A stretch of 64,000 bases of DNA from NCBI GenBank assembly GCA_964016885.1, contig OZ024745.1, positions 133,796,001-133,860,000 of the forward strand. The letters are read 5' to 3'. This document shows, piece by piece, positions 13,531-24,885 of this stretch. The DNA comes from Eledone cirrhosa. Lineage: Eukaryota. The position numbers and the translations under genes were made by a program. Numbering within the stretch: position 1 is the first letter of the stretch; each line of letters starts with the position of its first letter. Under the pieces are notes generated by a model. It saw only the letters and a list, made by a program, of their open reading frames with translations. It searched no databases and was not told where the DNA came from.

Positions 13531-14805
13531 CTAACAGCGCTGCGATCGAATGTGGCTTTTTAGCCCAGCCAATGATCTAAAATGTCTTGCACAGAGTCGG
13601 CAACCAAGACATTCACTGGGAATAGCCGGCTGCGGTTGGAGTTCATATACTTTTGCATGTCGCTTGAGCCCTCCTGCTGATCTACATTCTCTACCACATG
13701 TTTGGCAAGCATGATGAGTAGCATCTCCAACAGCAGCCTGGTAGTCTACCTGTGGTCTTACTTTATGACTGCGAAGATGACTTTCGAGTCTAGCTTTGCT
13801 TAGGCAGAGTCTCGCACAGACGCTGCATGTCAGCACCATAGGAGGACCCTCGCCGTCTGGAAGTGCAACAGCAATGCCCTTCCTCACATCCCGCTTTACT
13901 TTCTCGTATGGGATTCGAGATGCCTCAAAGGCAACTTTTCCCTCATATACAGTCTTTCTCCATTTATTACGATCAGCAGCAATATTTTCCCATGTATCAG
14001 CAGAGATGTTAGCGTCTTTCAAAGAGGCTTTCAAGGAATCCTTAAACGTCTTTTTTGGTTTATGTGGCGGTCGTTTTCCTTTAACCAAATCTCCATAAAA
14101 GAGTTGTTTTGGTATTCTAGAATCCTCAATCCTGGCAAGGTGACCACTCCAGCGGAGTCGTTGCTTAATCACAAGAGCTTCTATACTGACACACATAGAG
14201 CTTTCCAAAATCTCGACATCACTGATGTGGTCCCTCCAGTGAACGCCATGGATCCGTCTGAGACACATCTGATGGAAACGCTCCAATTGCTTAAGGTGGT
14301 GTCGATATGTGACCCAGGTCTCGCAGGCATAAAGAAGACAAGAGAGCACACATGCCTTGTATACCTTTACCTTTGTCCTCCTGCATATGTCTCGCCGACC
14401 CCAGAGTCTCCTTTCTCGCTTTCCGAAAGCATCACTTGCTTTCCTAATCCTAAGTGAGATTTCACTGTCAAGGTTGCTGTATCGATTGACAGTGCTTCCC
14501 AGGTAGACAAACTGATCAACCACTCCAAGTCGTTTACCATACACATAGATATTTGGTTCAGTGTACTGGTTACCAGGGGCAGGTTGGTACATGACGACGG
14601 TTTTCTTGAGACTGACAGTCAATCCTAGGGCAGTGCAAGCGTCAGAAAATGCATTCAAAATGTGCTGCATATCACTCTCTGTGTGCGCTACAAGATCGCA
14701 ATCATCTGCATACAAGAGGTCTCTTATGATTGATGTAAATACTTTTGTCTTTGCAGCAAAGCGCCTGATGTTAAATATGCTGCTTGAGGTTCGATATCGG
14801 ATGTA
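13531..14805 (-). mobile_element. 5'-truncated RTE-clade LINE (RT C-terminal half plus three C2H2-like zinc fingers)
   Basis: LLYADD, F.YLGS, LLYACETW, RLRWSGH, RIPKQLFYG, followed by three CxxC...H motifs. Confidence 0.88.
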
Positions 14806-14969
14806 AACACACATATACATACATATATATATAGAGATGAGATTCTACAGGACTAGAACTGTTTCATTAGTCCTGTAGAATCTCATCTATATTAAAACTT
14901 GTATACTCTGCTATGTATTGAGTACCTTACTTACTGTGGTTACCTCCGATTCAACCCGGAATAACGTAC

Positions 14970-15000
<31 letters not shown>

Positions 15001-15127
15001 CATACACATATACATACACGTACAAATACACATACATATACATATATATATACATACACACATATATATCAACATATCCATACATACACATACATGCAGA
15101 TACACAAACACACACACACACACACAC

Positions 15128-15178
<51 letters not shown>

Positions 15179-15314
15179 TATATATCCTTCCCCCCCCCTC
15201 TCTAAATAAAATATTTTTCCCAATATCACACATCAATCTAAAACCACTTTTCATATGTTGATTTAAAACTGCACTATCCACAAGTGTTTTTTAGCCTTCA
15301 TATCATGTTCTCCT

Positions 15315-15383
15315 GTTTTATCTGATGAAAACACAAATATTATTGCATGATGATGTTTGTTTTTGAAATGCGCATAATAAAAT
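15315..15383 (+). ncRNA. minimal type I hammerhead ribozyme motif
   Basis: gttttat-CTGATGA-(~15-bp stem II)-GAAA-tgcgca-TA-ataaaat. Intact core, palindromic stem III, 7-bp stem I overlapping AATAAA. Confidence 0.75.
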
Positions 15384-15579
15384 ATATGGAACTCCTTTAA
15401 CCATCTTTTGATCTTATATTATGCATACTCCAGTCCTACAAACTGTAGAGTGCTTCTTATCCGATATCTGCATTGCTTTATTGTACTACAATAAAACTCA
15501 CCTCCTACATACATCTATATATATATATACATACATACAAATCATACATATATACACACGTACATACGCACACATACAT

Positions 15580-15617
<38 letters not shown>

Positions 15618-15768
15618 GTACATATACATACATATACACACACACATACATACAAATACATACACACACATGTATGTGTGTAAAACTCATTCTTAGAAGT
15701 ATTCATTGAACCTTGTTTAACTCTTAAATATATATATACATACATATATATATATGTATATATATGTA

Positions 15769-15824
<56 letters not shown>

Positions 15825-16053
15825 TATATAAGAAAAATCATAAATATTATATATATATATAAAAATTAAAAGGTGAAAGGGGTAAACAAATACTTGGGAA
15901 TACGACAAATAATAAATAAATAAATAATTAAAAAAGGGTATAAATGTTTATAGCTGATTTAGAGCACTCAACAATTCCTGGAGCAAATGATCAATGAAAA
16001 TAAGCATTAAATCATTGTATGTAATATGCATATACATACACATACATATATAC

Positions 16054-16104
<51 letters not shown>

Positions 16105-16544
16105 AAACCATGCAAATATACACATATATACATACATATCCATACATATACGTATATATATACATACAGGAAAAAGTATGACCCCAACGGCAGAGCTCAA
16201 GCCGTTTCTGAGGCTATTATATGTGTATTTTTATAGAATTGTTTATGTGTGTATATATATAATAGCCTCAAAAACGGGTTGAGCTCTGCCGTCGGGGTCA
16301 TACTTTTTCCTATATGTATATATATAATTAGTTGACTATATCTAGGCGATTACGCTGTCGAAATATTCGATAAATATTCCGCTACGGCCGACGCGAAGCG
16401 CTAGTTTTGGTTATTTGTCGGAGATTCCTTCATAGAAGCCTCATTCGTATAGCCTGGTCTATTCGATTTTTTATATAGTTAATTATGCTAATTGGGAGAG
16501 GAAATAGTATATATTTTATCTTGTGATTCTATAGACATGTTTTA

Positions 16545-16631
<87 letters not shown>

Positions 16632-16737
16632 TATATATATACACACGCACAAATACAACAGAAGCATATAAAATACATTTATATACACACATACATATAC
16701 ATTCAGATATATATAAACATATATACACATACATATC

Positions 16738-16811
<74 letters not shown>

Positions 16812-17130
16812 TACACATATACGCAACACACACACACACAGAAATAAATATCTAAAAATAAAAAAGGTGGGTATGTAAAGGGTAAGGTAGAAAGTAGGGG
16901 GGGAAATAAGGAAAATAAATGACATAGGAAAAGGTTTAAATATAATGGGAGATAAGGGAGAAAAAGAATATAAGAGTACAGAAAATGAGTTCAGAAGGTA
17001 AAAAACTCGTAGTGGATGTAAGGCGTAGAGAGCAGAGAAGAAGTTAAAGGTGGTTGAGTTATCGTAAGCTCTGTAACCTACATAGAGCACTCTTTTTTCC
17101 TGGACCTTTCCGACGTAATTACTTCATTTA

Positions 17131-17182
<52 letters not shown>

Positions 17183-17335
17183 TAAATTTGTATTCCAATG
17201 TTACTAAGTAGTTGCATTGGATGAAGTCAACCGACGTCGGAGATTGCTCAACGTATAGGTAACCCATACACTATAGAAACAATTGTTACCTAATAAATTC
17301 TTTATACCCGCATTTCCGTTTCATAAACTTCTTCT

Positions 17336-17376
<41 letters not shown>

Positions 17377-17469
17377 ATATATATACACACATATATATAT
17401 ATATATGTGGGGGGGGGGGGTCTATGTATGTATTTATATATGTATAATATATATGTGTCGGGGGGGGGT

Positions 17470-18150
17470 GACGCTCGGATATGGCTTTTCAAGCCTGCTA
17501 GAGACTTGCACTCCTTCACAGACTAACCACAACTATGGATCTTTTTGGCTTGAGGTCTTGCATCAGGTTGCCCGTGAACCCTCACAACACCGTGGAGATC
17601 ATAGTTCACTGGTTCTCTTTGAACATGGCTGCGACTGTGGCTCCTGAGACCAGATTTGCTCAAGCAAATTTTTCCACACTCAGGGCACTTCAATTCAATG
17701 GAGACACCGATCGTTTCGAGAGATAAACCAGGGCATTGCTTACGCACATCCCTTTTGATCGTCTCGTGCTCTATGCGCCTATTCTCAAACATATGGACCC
17801 CATCATTCACCATTCCACACCAAGTTTCTCTTTCAAGAGCTTCTATCTCCCAGTCAGCCACCATCAAACCAGTTTTTTTCAATGAGTCCTTTACACAATC
17901 CTTGAGTCGGAGCCTTGACTTGTGAGGTGGTCTCTTACCCTTACAAAGCTCGCCATACAAAAGATGTTTCGATCATCCTCCATTCTGCACAGGTGTCCAG
18001 TCCATCACAAATGCCGTTGGTGGATGATACTCTCAGTGCTCCAACACTCACTTCTCTCAAGGACCTCAACATCACTCACATGCATCTGCCTCTTGATACC
18101 GAGCATCTTTCGGAGACACTGCTGGTGAAACGGTTCCAGTCTATGGATAT
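17470..18150 (-). mobile_element. RTE-clade LINE 3' fragment, frameshifted
   Basis: YGELCKGKRPPHK...CPECGKICLSKSGLRSH and ECKSLAGLKSHIR. Related to the 13531-14805 element. Confidence 0.8.
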
Positions 18151-18309
18151 GCCAGAAACACATACATATATATACACATATAAAGGTAAAGTTTCGTTAT
18201 AACGAATTCCATTATAAGGATTTTTTCAGCATAACGAATTTCTTTTTATCCCCGGGTTAATAACAAATAAACGTTCGATTTGTTTCGGTCGATTACGTGG
18301 CGATTACGT

Positions 18310-18436
18310 ACTTTATTTTATCGACCCCGTAAGGATGAAAGGCAAAGTTAACCTCAGCGGGATTTAAACTCAGATCATAAAGGGCCGTAACTCTATATCG
18401 TGAAGCATGTTGTCCGACGCTCTACCGACACTGCCA
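18310..18436 (-). mobile_element. tRNA-derived SINE (family A)
   Basis: Reverse complement of the family A core. Confidence 0.7.
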
Positions 18437-18439
18437 GAT

Positions 18440-18640
18440 GTGACAGATACGAGAAATTGCCCGGTAATTCACTGCAAGTAACGTGTTTCCCTTTTTGAAA
18501 TCGGGAACTACAGACACGGATGTAACATGCTCATGTATATAATGGGTGTCCAGTGATTTCCTCCAGCTAGCGGGATGAAATCTGGTGTCAATAATTCTGC
18601 AGGACACTAGTGAGAAACTTCCTAATGCTGAGTTATGTTG
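18440..18640 (-). mobile_element. CR1/L2-type LINE RT fragment, degenerate
   Basis: VSVVPDFKKGNTLLAVNYRAIS resembles the V.PIFKKG....NYRPISL RT motif. Confidence 0.45.
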
Positions 18641-19199
18641 AAATTTGTTTATGTTGCTATAATATCTGGAGTTCTGAAAGAGCGGGGTAAGTTGTAAGAT
18701 AACTTCACAGATACTATCCAGATCAACCATAAGAGGAGTATTGAGATAAAGCAGTAGTATTACTTCTTATGAATCTCACCTATTTGTTTAGCTCCGTCAT
18801 GAAGACTATGGTTTTTTTTATTAATCAGAGGGCTAACAAATAAAACAGCGATCTTATGTTATTTTCAATTTGGAATTGAAGTTTTTCAATAGTCTAGTCT
18901 TCCCCAGTTGTTCTTTCGTTATTTATGATAGTTTTCATGTAATTTTGGTTTATAGATTCGAGCAATAGGAGTTTTGTTGCTTGCAATACTTTAGTTGGTT
19001 GAATTTAATATTAGGTCTTTCCATTTTCTATTAATGGATTTTCTGTCTTAAGGGAGCTTGCAATAAAATGTTTTTGTGTGTTTTGATTGAATGTGGTTTA
19101 TGTATATATATAGTTGTATCTACAAATAGTTGCAATGTCGAGATCCTTATTTTCGGTGTCATGGATAGAAAAGCGTGAAATAACATTATCATTGGAGTC

Positions 19200-20520
19200 C
19201 ATCATCCAGCTGCACCCACAACAGCATATTGGTTGAGAGGACAAATGCCCACCGGATAAATGCCCACTGCAGAATAGATGCCTAGAACCAAATATAGTGT
19301 CCCTGTGTACTATCAAATCTGGCAACCTAGCATGGCACTACATAGATTCTACAGCTGGAGATTTCAAAAAAATATGGTATGTGCATAGGCATTCTATAAA
19401 AAAAACCGTAGACTTGAGAATACAATGACGCTGGCCAATAAGATCTGGCAGCTTAAGGACATCAACTAAGAAGATGAGATTAGCTGGTCGAAGTTATTGA
19501 GTGCAAGGACCTACAAAAAATGGAATGTCCCACTGCGGACTATGCAATATGGAGCTGCTCCATATTTTAAAATACGATAAAATGCTGCTTAATAACAAGA
19601 TAGAGCGAACAATCTTCTGTATGCACAAAGCAGCCACCAAATTCTCTAACTTCAAATCGCAACCGGCATGATTCGATCCAGCAATCTCGGAATTCAGTCA
19701 GAACCACCCGGATTTAAATGTACTAGCTTCACACCATTCCACTGTTATTAGCTGTCAACTGACCAACTGGTCATTAAATCAACATCATGAATCCCCCAAC
19801 CTTTGTCTCACTTTCTCTCTATAGTCGCATCACCTCCATTAAGATAAAACAATCGGTCTACCAGACCTTAATCACCCTTTCACTTTTTATTCTCTATCTG
19901 TCTGTCTACTGCTTCCTCGTCCTTGGTCCTACCCTTTATGCCTCATTCTCGAATCCTTATTCTTTATTCTCTATCTCCTGTTCTTTATCTCTTACTCCCT
20001 TACTTTTTATTTTTTATTTAATACTCTGATATTTTGTTGTACCTCTTGCATTTTTATTTCGCCACTTTAATGAACTCAATACACTACATATCGCCTATCA
20101 TATATCGTATTTCTTTTCATGTTATTGTCATCATTACTGTCATCACTATTTTATACATCCAACTTACTCACCATTATAACTCCAACTACCACCGCCACTT
20201 ACTACTATTATAAGTAACCGTATTTTGCACTTATTTCTTACATCTTTATCATTTTCTTCTTTATACTTTTATTACTGTTTATTATCTTTTATTATTGGTG
20301 TTATTGTTATTGTTTTCATTCACTTGTTTCTCCTATGTATCTATAAATACCTGTGCCATGTGTTACACCCTCCAGTATTCCGATGATTTGATCACAGACA
20401 CACACTGTATTTAAGGTCGAGTGACGCAACTTCGAGTGATCAGCGACCTTTAGACTCACCTGATCAATGAAACAATTGTTAATACTGTAAATTAAACCCT
20501 TTCTGTACAGCCGACCATGT
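19200..20520 (+). mobile_element. Penelope-like element 3' remnant: GIY-YIG endonuclease pseudogene, pyrimidine-rich UTR and hammerhead-bearing pseudo-LTR
   Basis: Manual translation across frameshifts, about 19245-19655: CPLQNRCLEPNIV..C.I......HYIDSTAGDFKK.WY.H.HS / TLANKIWQLK....ISW / CGLCNME...I......LLNNK.E....CMH. TATAAATA at 20342 and a hammerhead motif at 20373. Confidence 0.72.
20373..20487 (+). ncRNA. type I hammerhead motif (U4C variant, long stem II)
   Basis: cagtatt-CCGATGA-tttgatca...tgatcaat-GAAA-caattg-TT-aatactg. Perfect 7-bp stem I. Confidence 0.6.
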
Positions 20521-21309
20521 TATTCTTCACGCTTTCACTATCATTACTCCAAGAATCACCTACATGAGAATTCTCGCAAACTCGCTACCTAAGTAAGGAA
20601 ACCTCTTGTTGAGTCAAACAACGCCATACGTTAAAACTATCCATAGTACAGAGTACTAAACAACCTCTAACTGGATTACCTACAACGATAACTTGTTATA
20701 CCATATATATATATATATATATAATTTTGCTAATCACTGTTTGTGTGGTTCGTCTTATTTGTACATGTGTGTGTTTGTCTGTGTGTGCATGTGTGTGTGT
20801 GCATGTGTGTATGTGTGCATATGTGTGTGTGTTCTTCACCTCAGTGAAATTTGGTAGACGGAAACTGAGAGATTATCTTTTCTTGGTCGCTAGATTTAAT
20901 CAATCGGCCAGTTTAACGAAACCACTTCGCCTTCGATTACTTTTAGATACGTATACTCTGATTACATCAGGAGATTTAGGATCAATCATTCATTTCATAA
21001 CTATTGAATCTTGAGTATCTTGACCATCTTTCATATATGTGAAATGAAAATCGTAACAGATGAAACAAGTATTTCAACAGCTGCCAAACTATTATTCTTA
21101 TTGCTAATCATAAATATTTTCATTAGTGATAAGTGATTTGGCCTTTGCTACCAGCTATCTTCAACACTCTTTAGTGAAGTAGTTTTAAAAATATCCATGT
21201 CTCAGCTGCACATTTAACGATAAAGTTTCACTCGTGGTTAAATTATCAATAATTATCAATACATATCAATACAAATACGAAGAAATTTGACTTATATTTC
21301 ATCAGATGG

Positions 21310-21650
21310 TGAGACACAATCATTACATAGTTAAAATGGGCATCACAAACAGACTACATCTTGTCATGATTTCATTGTTTATCAAACTTTCTTGGACACT
21401 TCTTACAACGTCTTTTCTGTGTTTCTTTAGGTTGATGCTGGGATGGTCATGCTATCATCCCTCACACATACTTCCATTCCATACATACTAAAACATGCGT
21501 TGGTAGTTTTGTGCGTTCTGCCAAGAAACGTCGTCAGATTTGCGGTTTGCAAAGTTGCTTTGATAAGGCTGAAAGGAAATGTCAATGCTTTTGGCTTCCT
21601 TTATATAAATCGGGGGCTTTTTCCATGACACACACGTGAAATACCTTCAT
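21310..21650 (-). pseudogene. piggyBac-like transposase C-terminal remnant
   Basis: Manual minus-strand translation LSKQLCKPQI*RRFL...LP, then KRRCKKCPRKFDK...VCDAH..LCNDC. Matches the piggyBac Cys-rich domain pattern. Confidence 0.55.
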
Positions 21651-21698
21651 CATTATATTATAATTATAGGGTTTTATGAATATATGAGATTAAGTGTA

Positions 21699-21743
<45 letters not shown>

Positions 21744-21809
21744 TGCGTGTGTGTGTTCTTTTAGATATTTTAAATGATTCGGTAAAATTAAATTAGTCAG
21801 TTGAGTTAA

Positions 21810-22110
21810 TACTCTTGGGTCTCGAATAATCGTACCCCTCCCCACATATTATTTTTCAGATTTTTTGCTAATCTATCTCCGGCGAAATTTTATTTGAAGT
21901 GGTATCATTCCTGCAGCAATTATTTTCTTTATACATTACAATAAAGTACATAACTATAAATGCCACATGTTATAAAATAAATATATATGTAAACTAAAGG
22001 TTTAATTCTGGTTTTTCAAAAATCAACAGATTCAACCCAGAAAAATTACAAATTTTCCAACCCTCCCCCTCATTCCAATTCCATCCACTATTGTTTGGGA
22101 CCCGAGAGTA
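21810..22110. mobile_element. MITE with ~20-bp TIRs and TA target duplication
   Basis: TA|CTCTTGGGTCTCGAATAAT ... ATTGTTTGGGACCCGAGAG|TA. A second copy lies at 46887-47236 in the opposite orientation. Confidence 0.7.
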
Positions 22111-22409
22111 TTTTATTTACACGGTTTTCTAATTTTGGAGGTAGGTTATATTGTAATTAAAATACAAATTCAAACCACATCTATATGGAACTAATAAGAA
22201 ACGAAAATAGAAATTTAGATTAAAAGCTGATCGCTTTTGAAACACATGCTTAGGTAACGAGGTGTCTCAGCACCAATCAAAATTTAAGTTTCATGAAACC
22301 AGGAAGAGTACAGCTAATTATGAAATTACAGTTAAGTGAAAATAAATAAAATATTCCAGGTGTGTTTGCCGGTGGTAAGTACACATAAACACGAATAGGT
22401 ATGCAAGCA

Positions 22410-22690
22410 CTTAGAACTCAGAGCTGTATGGGAGCCTCCCAAAAGTCAGCTCGAAAGTAACACAGAGGAGACTGAGGTTAGCTGGACATGGTCACCGACA
22501 TTCAGAGTTGACACTGCACTCAGTCCTACTGTGGAACCCCCTACACGGACACACTAGAAGAGGGTGACCGAGATTGACATATGTTGATGCCCTAAGGACA
22601 GACACAGGACTCTTGGAGGTGCAGGACATGGCAGCGATGGTGGGGTGGAGAGAACTCGTCCATGGATCTCGGCAATGTTACTCCCCTTAG
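22410..22690 (+). mobile_element. RTE-type LINE 3' fragment
   Basis: NSELYGSLPKVS..V.QRRLRLAGH..RH. Homologous to 2236-2445. Confidence 0.65.
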
Positions 22691-22870
22691 GCAGATATAT
22701 ATATATGTATATATATATATATTGAGTATATGTTTGTTGTTTACCGACACCTCAGTATGCAGATTGGAGCACTCGACGAAGTACGCAGATTGGTTTGGTT
22801 ACTCCGGAGTAATGTAAAATAAAATAATTAAGTCAAATATTTAAAATTTGGCTTCGTTTATTAAAGATGT

Positions 22871-22925
22871 ACTGCTATATATATTTCCGTGACAACCATC
22901 ATTGGCTGTGACCTCTTCAGGCAGT
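22871..22925 (-). ncRNA. minimal type I hammerhead ribozyme motif (left arm of inverted pair)
   Basis: Minus strand: actgc-CTGAAGA-ggtcacagcc...ggttgtcacg-GAAA-tatata-TA-gcagt. Confidence 0.65.
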
Positions 22926-23043
22926 CCAAATTGGTGTTAGAGACAGGTACACATGTTGTTAAAGTGTTTTACTCCTTCAATACTCCGATATGTCCAGCTC
23001 CTGGTTGGGTTGTTATTTCTCTGAGGAACTGGAATCAATTCGG

Positions 23044-23098
23044 ACTACCTGAAGAGGTCACAGCCAATGAGGGCTGTCACCGAAATATATATAGCAGT
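23044..23098 (+). ncRNA. minimal type I hammerhead ribozyme motif (right arm of inverted pair)
   Basis: actac-CTGAAGA-ggtcacagcc/ggctgtcacc-GAAA-tatata-TA-gcagt, with AATAAA just downstream. Confidence 0.7.
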
Positions 23099-23328
23099 AC
23101 ATCTTTAATAAACGAAGCCCAATTTTAAATATTTGACTTAATTATTTTATTTTATATATATATATATATATATATATTCTCTCTCTCTTTCTATATATAT
23201 ATATTATATATATATATATAAGTATATACATATATTCTATATATACATATATAAAGAGACGAACGTCTTGCTTTTGAAGGGCTGAGAATATATGTATATA
23301 CTTATATATATTATATATATATATATAT

Positions 23329-23391
<63 letters not shown>

Positions 23392-24738
23392 CATGATATA
23401 TATATTATATATATAAGTATATACATATATTCTCAGCGCTTCGAAAACCAGACTTTCGTCTCTGTACATTGTTTATCTACAAGAAGGTTTTGAAAACGTG
23501 AAAGTTCTAGTTGCTTTTTTAATAATTTCATATCTACATTCGGCGTCAAAAGTAAATATTAATTATGTTTTGATCATGCCAATACTAAAGATCATCACTT
23601 TGGTAATTCGAATGTCAGTCAGGAAAGATAAAGAACTTGTTAATGATAATAAATTCCATTTTATTTATTCACTAAAATATTAATAACATCTACGTTATTT
23701 CACACAATATCTATTATATTCTATCGAAGTATTATATTACATTTCTCACTGTATAATTTCAAATCAAATCTTACACGGAAAGTGCATTAACAAGGAATAT
23801 GTGACTGTGTTTTTATAGGAAGTTAATCGAATATTTAATTGTAACTTTAAATATTTTACTTAATTCTTGTATTCCAGTAATTATTGTTTTCCACATCATT
23901 GCAAATGTATTGCTATTCATTGAATCCATTAAAATGTGGAATGTGTTCAATTATTGAGTGATTCTTATATTTTGGCAGAATCCTTGGGTGGTGAGTTGGT
24001 CGTTAGAGCGTTGAACACTCTGATTTGGTTACGTCAGATCCCAGCCAGGTCAACTTTATTGATTATTTTTCTGTCGTTGGTTAAACAAATTTAAACAAGA
24101 AGGGGAAGTGGGATCGATATAATCGACTTTCTTCTCCTTTTCATAAATTGCTGCCCTTGTACATAAATTAAAAAAAATCATTATTATTTACGAGAAATTG
24201 TATTATTTTAAACAGGGGTGGTGTAGATCGGTAGAATAATTAGAACGTCGGACCAAATACTTGGCAGCATTTGTTATGATTTGGTTCATTATCAACTTTG
24301 CGGGATCGATAAAATAAATACCAGTCAACTTTTCGGGTCGATTGAAACGACGTTTTCTTCTTCGTAAAATTGCTAGCCTTATTCTTAAATTAAAAACGAT
24401 TACAATATACGTGAAACGCTATATATTATTTACAGAATCTTAAGAATTTCTCTAATTCAGTCAGGAAAATCGAAAAGCAAAAATCAAAGAAACAACTTTC
24501 TAACAGATGACAGACACACTTCTAAAATTATTTATTGTAGTAGGGCGTTAATCTGATACAAGTTACTGTTATTTTCTGTTGATAACTTTCAAATGTTTGG
24601 CTGCCACCTGTTGATTGTAGAAACGTTTGCAGAAAACTGGATTCATTTCCTAGTGTTTACTGCGCTTCTAACAAGTAGTTTAATTACATTGCAAACAAAT
24701 TAAAATTGCTAATTACTTCGCTCTCCCCCCTTCCTCAT

Positions 24739-24769
<31 letters not shown>

Positions 24770-24885
24770 CTATCTCTCCAAGATACCATCTTTGGCTAAA
24801 TCAATAGAAAAGTTAAATTGCAGTTCACATGTAGGTTTAGCTGGTCTCTTACTAGGTTTATAAGATATTTTACTGCTTGAGTGAT

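Noticed and set aside
17270-17300. GAAACAATTGTT...AATAAA hammerhead 3' half
   Set aside because: No recognisable CTGANGA or stem I partner upstream.
21306-21628. Plus-strand ORFs with an apparent splice acceptor at 21429
   Set aside because: Better explained as the antisense of a piggyBac transposase remnant.
24434-24510. Possible terminal exon NLKNFSNSVRKIEKQKSKKQLSNR*
   Set aside because: Only an acceptor-like TTTACAG and a short open frame, with no homology or linked exon.
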